Assembly: GCF_001194135.2 (NCBI RefSeq) | Contig: NC_068985.1 | Location: 17,734,224 to 17,798,223, forward strand | Direction of reading: 5' to 3' | Source of the DNA: Octopus bimaculoides | Taxonomy: Eukaryota | Length of the DNA stretch: 64,000 nt | Shown here: piece after piece, positions 1 through 12,364 of the stretch | How the letters are laid out: every line of letters starts with the position of its first letter | Numbering within the stretch: the first letter of the stretch is position 1 | Notes under the pieces: model-generated | The model's database searches: none | Told to the model about the DNA's origin: nothing | Seen by the model: only the letters and a program-made list of their open reading frames with translations | Translations under genes and position numbers: made by a program

Positions 1-190
1 TGGGGGGGGGGGACAAACATATACATACATATATATATATATTATGGGCTTCTTTCAGTTTCCGTCTACCAAATTCACTCACAAGACTGGTCAGCCCAAG
101 ACTATAGTAGAAGACACTTGCCCAAGGTGCCACGCAGTGGGATTGAACCTGGAACCATGTGGTTGGTAAGCAAGCTACTCACCACACAGT
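1..190 (-). mobile_element. SINE family A (tRNA-like head, internal microsatellite), partial
   Basis: Matches the intact copy at 16959-17395 in reverse (ggtaagcaagctact..., ttgcccaaggtgccacgcagtgggattgaacc). Confidence 0.85.
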
Positions 191-194
191 CAAT

Positions 195-340
195 GCTTAG
201 CAGTATTTCGTGTTTCTTCATATTCTAAGTTCAAATGTCACTGGGGGCAATATAATAAGTACCAGTTGAGCAGAGGTCGATGTAATTGATTTACTCCTCC
301 CCCAAAATTGCTGGCCTTGTACCAAAATTTAAAACCAGTA
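195..340 (+). mobile_element. SINE family B, degenerate partial
   Basis: aaatgcttagcagtatttcg...aagtaccagttgagc similar to the copy at 5970-6195. Confidence 0.65.
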
Positions 341-389
341 TCAACAATGACTCATGTCAGAAATGTACATATTCCAAAAGAGGCTAATT

Positions 390-620
390 GTGAAGGCATG
401 TGGTCTAGTGGTTAGAGTGTTGCACCCACAATCTTGCTATTATGGTTTCAATTCTGAGACAGGGTAGTGTGTTTTGCTCTTGAGCAAAACCCCTCATTTC
501 CCATTGCACCAGTGCATTCAGGTGTAAATGAGTAACCATCTGACATCAGACTGGTGTCCCATTCAGGCGGAATTTTGCAATCCTGGCTGCTTATGTGTCA
601 TGGACACTGGGCAACCAACC
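390..620 (+). mobile_element. SINE family D (tRNA head), degenerate
   Basis: gtgaaggcatgtggtctagtggttagag A-box-like head and cttgagcaaaac motif, as in 56260-56550. Confidence 0.6.
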
Positions 621-634
621 GTGTGTGTCTATGC

Positions 635-962
635 CAGGGCTGGTCAACTGAGACCTGTGGGCCACATGTAGCCTGCAGGCTTTTATCTTGCAGCCCGCTT
701 GATACTTTCTTGAAATGGGTTTATTTAAACAAACATTTAAAAAATTTTACCAAAAATTGAAGATTGTAATGAAAATTAAAAAAGGAAGATACAACTGTTC
801 TGGCAACGATAATATTTCATGTTGAATCAACAGTCATTTATTCACTATTGTAATAATAGCACTAGAAAGCAAAATGCTTTCAATTCTGTCAATATACCAG
901 CAACCCTCAAAAAACCTTGTGATTAAAGTGGCCTGCAATGTAATTCGAGTTGGCCAGGCCTG
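635..962. mobile_element. hAT (Charlie-like) MITE
   Basis: TIRs CAGGGCTGGTCAAC / GTTGGCCAGGCCTG; 8-bp TSD GTCTATGC (627-634) / GTCTAGGC (963-970), 7 of 8 identical. Confidence 0.8.
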
Positions 963-1730
963 GTCTAGGCTTTTAGACAATAATGTTCAGAGAATGATGA
1001 TGATAATGAGAAGCTGATTCCATTTTAGAAAATTTGGATTAAAGTGATTATAGGTGGTATTAATTTATAGTTAACAGGGCAAACAAGACAAATATATTTT
1101 GTGCTAGGAAACAGTTGCAACATCCTGTAGTATTCTCACTAAGAGAATGTTATAGAATGAGATGACTTAATTTCCTCAATATGTAGAACCATAGTAGAAT
1201 ACTTGCTAATGAACTGATTTACAGATTTAAAACTTATGACTTTGAAGAATAAAAATAATGGTTTCAAAAAAAGAAAACAGGTAAAAAAAAAAAAAAAAAA
1301 AGGAGAAAAGAATTAGGTTTTGTTCTTCATTTTAAATTATCTAAAAACAAATATTTATAATTCAAATTAATCAGATTATCTAAAAATAAATAAGGATATT
1401 TATAATTAATCAAATAATCTAAGAATGAATAAGTATTTATAATTAATATAAAAGCACTATTTTAATTTTTGTCGTCAATTTTATTTTATTTTTTTTTTGT
1501 TTTCAATTTTTCATGACATTCAAATTAAAAATACTGGCAGCTGAGATAATGAGCTTATATTGCATATTTCCAAAAATCCAACATTAAAAACAAACATGAT
1601 CATTAGGAATAGTGTATTTGACAAAAAGCAAAGTAACAATTTAGGCAAGCAGATAAAACAGGATCAAGAATGAGAATTAATGCAAGTTAGAAAGTTTAAA
1701 ACTTGTAAAAGCATATATAGTTCAACCCAC

Positions 1731-1859
1731 CTTACATGCTTCACACGTGTTAACACCATAATGGAATCCTGAAGCTTTTTCCCCACATATACGACATGGA
1801 GGTAAAACAGCCTCTGTGATTGAACAATGACTAGCACTCTCTGTCATTTTGTAGGGTCT
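1731..1859 (-). CDS. Exon of a nuclear hormone receptor, first C4 zinc finger of the DNA-binding domain (NR1-like; subfamily not assigned)
   Basis: Encodes [43 protein letters not shown]; polypyrimidine tract plus CAG acceptor at 1860; GTGGGT donor at 1730 directly after CEACK (phase 0, the conserved NR intron position); ATG at 1847. Downstream exons lie left of the window. Confidence 0.93.
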
Positions 1860-2515
1860 CTGAAAGTAAAGAAAGCAAAACAAATAAAAAATATTGAAAC
1901 ACATTTTACTCACAACATGCATCTTTGAAAGAAACTAAATATTTGAATTCTAGCGAAATACTGTTGATTTAACATCTGCTTTTACCAATTTTATATGGAC
2001 TTAACTTTTCAGAACTCTCTAAATTACCTTATCCTTTACCAGTTTTAGTCATATATACATACATANNNNNNNNNNNNNNNNNNNNNNNNNNNNNNNNNNN
2101 NNNNNNNNNNNNNNNNNNNNNNNNNNNNNNNNNNNNNNNNNNNNNNNNNNNNNNNNNNNNNNNNNNNNNNNNNNNNNNNNNNNNNNNNNNNNNNNNNNNN
2201 NNNNNNNNNNNNNNNNNNNNNNNNNNNNNNNNNNNNNNNNNNNNNNNNNNNNNNNNNNNNNNNNNNNNNNNNNNNNNNNNNNNNNNNNNNNNNNNNNNNN
2301 NNNNNNNNNNNNNNNNNNNNNNNNNNNNNNNNNNNNNNNNNNNNNNNNNNNNNNNNNNNNNNNNNNNNNNNNNNNNNNNNNNNNNNNNNNNNNNNNNNNN
2401 NNNNNNNNNNNNNNNNNNNNNNNNNNNNNNNNNNNNNNNNNNNNNNNNNNNNNNNNNNNNNNNNNNNNNNNNNNNNNNNNNNNNNNNNNNNNNNNNNNNN
2501 NNNNGGGGGGGGGGG

Positions 2516-3350
2516 GAAGAAATGTCAGCAAACCTAGAAATGAAGCAGTCACTGAAGAGTGGTCAAAGAACATCCATTGATACTCTGGCTGTGTGGGCTG
2601 TTGCCCCATCCTTCTGAAACAACACACGTCAAATAGGCATACGTTTTCATCATAATTCAGGCACAAAAAGTTGTTTATCATCTCAATGCAAAGCTTGGAG
2701 TTCACAGTAACAGCATTTCCATTATTGTCTTCAAAAAGTAAGGACCAATGACAGCAGCTTTTCCAACAGCACACCAGACCATCACTTTTGGGCTGTGAAG
2801 TGGTCTTTCATGCAGTTCTCTCAGATTTTGAAGAGCTCAATAATGACAGTTCTGTTGATTCATCACGCCTCTGAGATGAAAATAAGCTTCATCACTCATT
2901 AACAAAATGAGGTTATCATTTGCCTCAAAAATTGCTTTCATCTGATGTGTGAAATTAAGCCACCGTGCATAATCCCATGGTTTCAACTGTTGCCCAATAA
3001 CCAATTTGTATGGGTGGAAATGCAAGTCTTCATGCAAAATATGTCTTACTGATTCATCACACATGTTCCAAATTTTACTGTTTGTAGCACCCCTACCAGT
3101 CTCCTATTTATTAGTGTACCTCGTGTATGAAGTGCATTCACCCAACGTAAGATTGTGTTATGGGTGGGAACAGCCTGATTTCGGTGAATGTTGAAGTGGT
3201 GCCGAAACTCACGCTGAACTGCTATGACAGATTTGTTATTCTTCACATAACTGTCATAGGCAAACATGCAGTGCTCTATCGTCCACAGCGCCATGGCTTC
3301 ACTTGAAAAGAAAAACAAATGATAAGACACCACAGACCAAATGGTACCTG
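2516..3350 (-). mobile_element. Decayed Tc1/mariner transposase, DD41D (rosa)-like
   Basis: MALWTIEHCMFAYDSYVK...VQREFRHHF HTH; HPYKL; SDEAYFHLRGVMNQQNC; FQKDGATAHTARVSM; frameshifts and stops; cut by the N gap. Confidence 0.85.
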
Positions 3351-3424
3351 TTGGACATATGTCCCTCCTTCTGGGGCTGAGGAATAGCCATTACAAAGAC
3401 GTCCATCCTATCTGCCACACACAC

Positions 3425-3800
3425 ACACGATAGGTTTCGTTCAGTTTCTTATTTCCTTATTGCCTACAAGGGGCTAAACATAGAGGGGACAAACACGGGC
3501 AGACAAAGGGATTAAGTCGATTACATCGACCCCAGTGCGTAACTGGTACTTATTTAATTGACCCCGAGAGGATGAAAGGCAAAGTCAACCTCGGCAGAAT
3601 TCGAACTCAGAATGTAGCAGCAGACAAAATACCGCTAAGCATTTTGCCCGGCGTGCTAACGTTTCTGCCAGTTCGCCGCCTTTCAGTTTCTACCAAAAGC
3701 ACTAACAAAACTTTGGTCAGCAGAGAATTATATTAGAAGACACTTGTCCAAGGTACTCTGTAATAGTACTGAACCCAAGGCCATACAGTAAGGAAGCAAG
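3425..3800 (-). mobile_element. SINE family A 5' half (host of a nested family B copy)
   Basis: agaagacacttgtccaaggtac...gaacccaagg...aagcttctc; interrupted at 3450-3681. Confidence 0.7.
3450..3681 (-). mobile_element. SINE family B, young full-length copy
   Basis: Head aggcggcgaactggcagaaacgttagcacgccggg; 10-bp TSD TTCAGTTTCT at 3440-3449 and 3682-3691; CpGs retained. Confidence 0.9.
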
Positions 3801-4719
3801 CTTCTCAAGCACACCACCTATTTATACATGTACATTATATTATGTATATTATAAAAGTTCCTGCATATATTAATAGTAATGGTGTTTATTACACAGGTAC
3901 AAATAAGTGGCATGCACACATTTTTCAAAAGCATTTGTTCTTCAATCATATATCCATCATTTTTTTCTGTCATTTACATTAATTATTCTAGGGCAATATG
4001 AGGCCACTATGTTTTTTTTCTTTTTGACAATTGCTATTTACAGTTAAATGTGTTTATAGACAGGAATGTAGCTAATATTATTGTCAAGTTATCTGCCGGT
4101 CATTGACCTTGTTAACAACTACCCCCTCCTTAGCTTATACTGACCAACAACCCACCGCACCCTTCTCATTTTTATTCTCCTCCCATCTCCAACCACACTC
4201 AAAAATTCTCCTCCTTTCTCTTTCCAACCATTTCCCACTTACACAGGCGCAATAACTTGATTCTTTATCTTTTCTGATCATTCTTCCTGTCCCCCCACCA
4301 TCTGCAAGCGTTCCATGCTAACTGGCAAATCACTCCCACCTCTCTCCCTCCCCCTCCCTCCCCTGATATAATTCTTGAATAATGGTAATATCATCAGCCA
4401 ATAAGATACTTTTGATCAATTTTTTATACAAAGTTTGTTGTGATAATCAAATATCTCCATTCTAGTAAATATCATTCTTATATTCCTTTTTCCATAATTC
4501 TTCCAAGATTGAAACAAAAGACTCATAAGAATTTGTGAAGTTTTTTTTTAGCTTCAGTACACACACACACACACACACACATACTGAAAGATAGATAGCC
4601 ATATAGACAGACATATAGATAGATAATATTGATTTCATTGATTTTTTTCAAGTTTTACAATTAATGGTTTTTTCTTTTTTGATTTTTTAAAAATAGGTAA
4701 AGAAAATACAAAACACATA

Positions 4720-5766
4720 TATTCTTTTACTTATTTCAGTCATTTGACTGTGGCTACGCTAGCACACCGCTTTAAGTCGAGCTAATTGACCCCAGGACTT
4801 ATTCTTTGTAAACCTAGTACTTATTCTATCATTCTCTTTTACCGAACTGCTAAGTTACGGGGATGTAAACACACCACCATTGGTTGTCAAGCAATGTTTT
4901 GGGCCACAAACACAGACACACAAACATATATACACACACACATCATCATCGTCATTTAACGTCTGCTTTCCATGCTGGCATGGGTTGGATGGTTTGACTG
5001 AGGACTGGTGAACCAGAAGGCTGCACCAGGCACCAATCTGATCTGGCAAAGTTTCTACANNNNNNNNNNGACTGGTGAACCAGAAGGCTGCACCAGGCAC
5101 CAATCTGATCTGGCAAAGTTTCTACAGCTGGATGCCCTTCCTAACACCAACCACTCTGTGAGTGTAGTGGGTGCTTTTACATGTCACCGGCACGAGGGCC
5201 AGTGAGGCGGTTCTGGCAACGACCTTGCTCAAAAGGTGTTTTTTACATGCTACCTACATGGGAAGCAGTCTGGTGGCACTGGCAACAACCACGCTCAAAT
5301 GTTGTTTTTCACATACCACCAGCACATGTGCCGGTAAGGCAATGATCATGCTCGAATGATGCCTTTTTATGTGCCTCCGGCACAGGAGCCAATCTGTGGC
5401 CCTCGCAACGATCACGCTCAGATGTGCTATTAACATTCCACTGGCACGAGTGCCAATCAGGCGGTACTGTCATCGGCCATGTCAGCGATTTTGATTTGAT
5501 TTCACTTGCCTCAATAGGTCTTTGCAAGCAAAGTTTATTGTCCAATGAATGAGGGGTACTGAAAAAAACCTGTTGTGTAATATATATATATATATATATA
5601 TATATAACACAACAGGTTTTTTTCAGTTTCCGTCTACCAAATCCACTCACAAGGCTTTGGCCAGCCTGAGGCTATAGTAGAAGACACTTGCCCAAGATGC
5701 CAAGCAGTGGGACTGAACCCGGAACCATGTGGTAGGTAAGCAAGCTACTTACCACACAGCCACTCC
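4720..5766 (-). mobile_element. SINE family A split by a family C insertion in its central microsatellite
   Basis: 3' half at 4720-4940, 5' half at 5610-5766; family C sequence between. Confidence 0.8.
4941..5557 (-). mobile_element. SINE family C (RTE-like 3' tail ending in (GAT)n, internal GGCAC repeats)
   Basis: catcatcatcgtcatttaacgtctgctttccatgctggcatgggttggat...ctggatgcccttcctaac. Confidence 0.85.
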
Positions 5767-5969
5767 TGCGCCTTATTCATTAGTAGGAAAACTTAAGTCT
5801 CAGTGAAATCATTATTATCAATAAATTTTACTCTACTAATTATAAAAAGTCCCACCATCAATAAATATTTTGTTTTCAACAAGATCTACAATACCATACG
5901 ATGAACAATGATGATATATATACATCAGCCGTTTGGTCAAGATCAAAGTGTAGTATATATATGTATGAA

Positions 5970-6195
5970 GGTGGCGAGCTGGCAGAAACGTTAGTGCGCC
6001 GGGCGAAATGCTTAGCGGTATTTCGTCTGCCGTTGCGTTCTGAGTTCAAATTCCACCGAGGTCGACCTTGCCTTTCATCCTTTCAGGGTCGATAAATAAA
6101 GTACCAGTTACGCACTGGGGTTGATGTAATCAACTTAATCCCTTCGTCTGTCCTTGTTTGTCCACTATGTTTAGCTCCTTGTGGGCAATAAAGAT
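5970..6195 (+). mobile_element. SINE family B, full-length
   Basis: ggtggcgagctggcagaaacgttag...gagttcaaattcc (B-box-like)...gtgggcaataaag. Confidence 0.9.
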
Positions 6196-6214
6196 ATATA
6201 TATATATATATATC

Positions 6215-6380
6215 TACACTCTCTGAGTGGTTGGCGTTAGGAAGGGCATCCAGCTGTAGAAACTCTGCCAAATCAGACTGGAGCCTGGTGTTGCCATCCG
6301 GTTTCACCAGTCCTCAGTCAAATCGTCCAACCCATGCTAGCATGGAAAGCGGACGTTAAACGATGATGATGATGATGATG
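6215..6380 (+). mobile_element. SINE family C, 5'-truncated
   Basis: gagtggttggcgttaggaagggcatccagc...ggacgttaaacgatgatgatg. Confidence 0.9.
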
Positions 6381-7558
6381 ATATATGTATGATGTAATAT
6401 AAATGTGAAAACCACTAAAAATAACCTTGTTTTAATCAATACGTTAGCATATTTATTTTCTGTAGTTGTACACTTTTCACAGCACTTAGCATCTATTGTT
6501 GACAATAGTTGATCCCCAACTCCAACAGAACTGGCTCAGTAGGCAACAGTCTAAATTTGTCAATACTTGTTATCACTGTAACTACTATATTCTAAAGAAA
6601 ACCTAACTTTGAATTTTGAGAAGGTTTGGGTTTTTTAAATTTTTTTATGAATATTTTATACATATCCACTTTATTCTCGATTCAATTCTCAAATTTAAAA
6701 CCCACTTATTTGGTCCACTTAAGTCTGCCACAGCACTGTGAATAATATTACAAACACATTCACTGCATCCAATTTCATGCTTAATAGACTTTTGTCACAT
6801 ATCAAAGTTGATTAATCACGTAAGCTGAACTCAACTTTCCGTTACCATCGAGTACTTCTCATGAGGGCAATTACAAAGAAAAAAAAAAAAGAAAATCAAT
6901 CAAATATCAAGATTAGTGGTTGGGCAACTTGTACATATTTACCTAAGCTGCTGAGTTCCTTTTATGGTAGCGAAAATGATAACTGCCTTTTGATAACGTT
7001 AATTCGAGGGAGTTGGTCAAATCAAGAAAGCTTTATCTCAACAAATTTCACAACAGCTGATATATTTACATTGATTTAAAAGTTCTTCAGCCCTATCACT
7101 TAGCAGTGCTTTATTCCTTACACCTTACTATTTACATTAGTTTGCTGATAACATTTCAATATATATATAGGTCATAAAAAGAATGTTGAATACAATATTC
7201 TGGTAGTTTCAGGCAAACTATTAAACTGATTCATTATTCTGATAACTTTAGAAGAGCATTATGTTTTTTATCGTTTAAGTCTTGAATATTTCTGAGAAAT
7301 AAAACACACAGCACAATTAAAATACACACACACATATATATTACAGAGAAGGAAAGTCTGTGTGTGCGTGTGCATGTGTGTCTTTGAGTGTGTGAGGGAG
7401 AGTATATATTATAATGGGGGAGGCATGTTTTATGGAATTACTCTGGGTTTCTTGTCCATAAGGGGATACGCCTTACAGCGTATCATCTAAACCCAAACCT
7501 GTTGACCTAAGACCTCACCTTGGAGTGTGCTTCTTCTCCAGATGTATGCTTTTCTACA

Positions 7559-7589
<31 letters not shown>

Positions 7590-7784
7590 GGGGAGAATTC
7601 ATGAAAAAACAACAGACGAAGACAGGTGGTGTAAACAACAAATGGATGTATTAGTATAACGCTCGGGAATAGAGAAAGTCTTTAACGTTTCAAGCCTACG
7701 CTCTTCAACAGAAACGAACACAGAAAGAAACAAGGAGAGAAAAAATATGTGTAGTGGTCAGCGATCTATCATGGCGAATGATAG

Positions 7785-7787
<3 letters not shown>
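7590..7787 (-). mobile_element. Short (TA)n-flanked Penelope-type element with a hammerhead-like motif
   Basis: Minus strand 7714-7681: TTT-CTGTTGA-A-GAGC-gtag-GCTT-GAAAC-GTT-AAA; body homologous to 49171-49265. Confidence 0.6.
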
Positions 7788-7823
<36 letters not shown>

Positions 7824-9049
7824 CTAAAAGTCTGTGATTACTTGCTTGCTTGCCTGTAATTTAGTACAGCCAAACCAGTGTATAATGGGAAAATACTCTG
7901 AAAGTAAGGCAGTCCTGAAATGTGAATACAAACAGAATAAAACAAGTTTCGTATAAATCAGACCATGGATTCCTGAGAAATGTGTTTTATTTTATTTGTT
8001 TCCACAAATTTAAGCCGTGAAACCTGGAATTATTGCCATTTACTGTGAACACCTGGATAGTTTTGTTTGCGGAAAAGTGGATGTTTAAACAATGATGATG
8101 ATGATCATATTTTCACCAAAGTAATAAATAAAAAACTATATCATATTTAAAGGAAGCAATTTACAGAAGTTGGGACATTTTAATTTAAAATATAACTGAA
8201 GTAATCAGCTTTAAAATTAAAAGAGATATTACACCTCAAAACTTGCAGATACTTCTGAAGATTCAAATTCTTATAGAAAATAGAAACTCAGTGAATTTTT
8301 GAGACAAAAGAAAGATTTGAGGTAAACCAATAGAAGTAATTTAATGAAAAATCAGCTCATTTAATCAAGCTGGTTAGTGAACTAAATAGATCTTTGATTA
8401 CAATGGAATTTTTCATTTACACGTGAACTTTGGTTAAGAGATCTATGAATCACAACGAAGTAAGTTTTGATTTACCAAGGTAGACAATGCTAACCAATGT
8501 AAAATGGCCACACATTTGCACACAGATTAAGTGTGAAATAATTCTGCACGTGTTGCAATATTTTTGGAAAATAAATCTAAAATTACTTAAGTAAATAGAG
8601 TTAAGTGTCTTGTTTAGAGACAAGATAATCAGCTTCAAAAATAAGTGTAAGCAATTAAGGCTGACAGCATACTATTTGCATGAGTTAAGCAATGTCCTTG
8701 GCACAGTTTCAAATGATAAGCAGCTGATATCAGATACGAGGTGAAAATCTTTAAGCACTTTCTGATTCACAAAAACTGTATTTTATATATATTACAAATG
8801 TGGTATCACACAGTACAAGCAAAAGTACCCCCCGCCCACACACGTTTCAAGCTTTTAAAAGATTTGCAATATTACATAGGAAGAAAACTATCTAAAATTT
8901 GATTTGCCACAGCAGAAAGCAATAAAAATGTAGACACGTTGACATCATTGCCACCATCATCACTCAGCAACTGTATAAAAAAGGAAATGATCACGCACTG
9001 TCTATAAGTTGAAAATAATCATTACAACAAACTTTTTGAACACAATAAG

Positions 9050-10190
9050 AGGTGGGGGTGGGTTTTGAGCCAAGTTAACACTATTGATTGAGACTATATG
9101 ATAATATATTGGATAATGAACACTTGCTCATATACAGTTGCTATTTCTCTGAAAAACTATCAAACATATACAGAAATTCTGCACTGCAAACTCTCAAAGG
9201 GAAATTAATAACTTGAATGTATCAACTAAGTACACCAAGTGAAAAACTAGCTTTGTTTGATGTTGTGAACTTGTAACAGAATCAAAGTAATCAAATACTT
9301 GATAGATTCTTTTACTTAGGAATTACCAGATTGTATTGATAAAAAAATTAAGATAGATCATCTTTAATTTATTTTAGAAAACATTTATTTCATGTATGTA
9401 ATGTAACTGCTTTCTGTTAAATATCAGGCACAGCAACGGGAACCAAAGTTTTAGCAACTTATGCTAACCTAGTTTGTGGAAATCATGAATTAAAAAGTTT
9501 CTTAATCCTTACAAATATTTAGAAATAGCTTCAGTAGTTAATTGAAAGAGAAATAGGAAATATTTCAGGACAACTGTTTTATTTTATAAAGGGAAAATGT
9601 TGATGAGTTGAATGAATTTAGAAACCTCATACACTGTATACACTCCCCACATCCAATTTACTATGGAATAGAATAACAACAAACTCTTTTTAAGATATAT
9701 TGACGATAAAAGAAATAAGAAATTTGAAACTTGTATACACTTGAAGCCTAGAAACTCAAGACAATACCTATTTATTTGGTCCAACATTATAGCAAAATGA
9801 ATTTGCACAATTGTTTTCAATCCTTTACCAACAATAGAAGCAAAGGAAATATTTACTAATAGAAAATGTCAATTGAATTTAATTGATAATAGAATTCAAA
9901 GTGTGAAACATTGATATTCAAGGAACAAAAATCAAATGTGAAAAAAAAAAGTTAAACCATATGTCTCAACATCTTAACCCAAACATCAGAATCTTTGAAA
10001 ACTTTCATAAAAAATTATTTGCATGAGATTAAGAGATGAAAAAAGATAATGGAAAGATATCTGTTAAAAGTAGAAGACAAATTTTGAAAAAATAGATAGT
10101 GATAAGCAAGAAACCAGACACAAAATCTAAAGGTTGCAAATGCAATTGATCAAACTGTAGAATATCTAACTGTATATTAAAAGGTTCTGG
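9050..10190 (+). mobile_element. Decayed Penelope-like element (PLE) reverse transcriptase region
   Basis: LALFDVVNL (9248), ISGTATGTKVLATYANLVCG (9421), D-N-C-F-I remnant of the YIDD region, HIQFTME, LFLDILTIK; many stops and frameshifts. Confidence 0.8.
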
Positions 10191-11068
10191 CTATCATTTC
10201 AAGCTGCATGTATTTTCAAAATTAATTAAAATGATGCCATTCTGAAAATTTAATATATTTTCTAACATGCAAAGGTTGCTGAGTACCTTACTTGGAAATA
10301 GGTAAATGTTGGCAACGGGAAGAGCTTCTGGCTGTAGAAAATCTACCTCACCAAATTCTGTCTGACCCATGCAAGAATAGAAAACAGTTAAATGATGAGG
10401 ATGGTAAAGCTGAAGGTGTTCCGATGAAGTGAAGAATTTTTTTGATGTTGTGTAATTGGCAGAAAACACTGATAAAACACAGCTGAGATGATAAAATGAA
10501 CTTTTGTGAATGAATCTGATTTTTGCAATTTTTTTTTTTTCGATGGAGATTGTTTATTTAGAGATAAATTTATATCTTATCACACAACAATTCACATTAA
10601 TCTATCAGAGATTTAGGTAATGGAAAAGCATATTATACTGCTGACTATGAATAGGTTAAAACTACCTCTAATGTTGATATAATTTAAGTGGAAAATATTG
10701 ATAAAGAACAACAAATGGTTGGACAGATGAAGAAGGGATGAAAGTCCAGACATAAAATGTGGGTCAAATAATTTGGTGGGCTGGTAAAGAAACAGTCTTA
10801 GTTTTATGATCAGTTTAGAGCCTAGATAGCTCTTACTATATATATAAAAAAAAAAAACTATCTACAATATTATTCTGTTTGTTTCTGCATGCCCGGCTGT
10901 TTTGTTTGTGTGTTACACTTATGGCAAGGGAGGTAATAACTTGAAGAGAGAATTATATATATATAAAAATTTAGATTCAAGGTGAATATGGTACTTAAGT
11001 TTAGGCACCAGAATTTAATATGGTATTATCCAAGATAATCTTATTTTTGGAATTGTTTGGATAATACC

Positions 11069-11071
<3 letters not shown>

Positions 11072-11152
<81 letters not shown>

Positions 11153-11175
11153 CATACATACATACATACAGAGAG
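11072..11175. repeat. Compound microsatellite (CT)n(TA)n(CATA)n(GA)n
   Basis: Directly visible. Confidence 0.95.
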
Positions 11176-12364
11176 AATGTCCAGCTTATTCTGCATTTGT
11201 GTGTTCAAATGAAGTTGAAGAATGTCCTGATGATGTATAAATTTATGCATTAAAAGATATATCAGTAGATGGTTGAATTAAAGTGAAATAATCTTGGTTA
11301 GCAAATAGCTGTGGATGTTACACTTTTATATTTTATGTATTTCAGATCAAACCGCTATAATTCTTTTTATTTTTTTTATATTAGGTTTAAATACTTATTT
11401 ATACGAGAATAGACAAATATATACATCAGCAGAAGGGAAAGTAGGTATGATATCTGTCTATCTATCTAGGTAGATAGATAAGTATATAAGTAAGTCTACA
11501 GATATCAATAAATATGCCTATAGAGAAATATATTAATAGATAAATAAGTAGCTGGGTAACTGAACTAAAATGAAATAAGAAATAAAAGTAATCTCAGTTG
11601 GTAAATAACATGGTCTTGGTGGTGGTTGAACAAGTGACAAATGTAGGTATTTTTTTAAATATATTTATTTAAATAAATTTTATCTTTTTAATTCATCTTT
11701 ATTTCCTTAAACTATAAAGCACATTATACAGTCAAACATTAAAAGAAGAAAAATAAGCAACACCTTCTAAGTTCATTTTGCTAATATTCAAAAATACAAT
11801 TTTGATTATAATGGCAGGATTTCAAAAGAACTGTTTTGAAATTCTTTACTTGTGTTTAATATATTAACATAATGTTAAGCCAACTTACATTGTGGAATTT
11901 CCATGGGTCCTGCAAGTATCCATAATTATTATATGAAAATAACACTAATACCTAGTGGAGTGAGTCAGTAATTGCAGCCTTTGGTCATTTCAGTTAATAA
12001 GCCATAAAAATGTCATACGTGATTAATGACATATATGTGTAGCTGCTCTGATGCACCGACTGATAACAATGAGCTAGATTACGCAACCTATATTTTCACA
12101 GGTGTGTCAGTGGGTTAAGACTGTAGAGAAATTTTATTAGGACAGAAATAAAAATAGTCTTTAAAAAATATGGAACTAGCAATGGCCTTCACATTATTGA
12201 AGGTTATGTGCACCAAGACTTGTAAATGGAGAACAACAGTAACAAAGAGATTAAGGATAATGACAGAAACAGCTTTGATAATGAAGGCTACACGAATTCA
12301 ATCAATATTTCCCTTAACAAGATATTCCATTTGTTTTATTTTTATTCATCATCATCATTTAAAG

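Noticed and set aside
5024-5125. Apparent 57-bp tandem duplication around a 10-N gap
   Set aside because: Identical sequence on both sides of a fixed 10-N spacer is typical of an unmerged contig overlap
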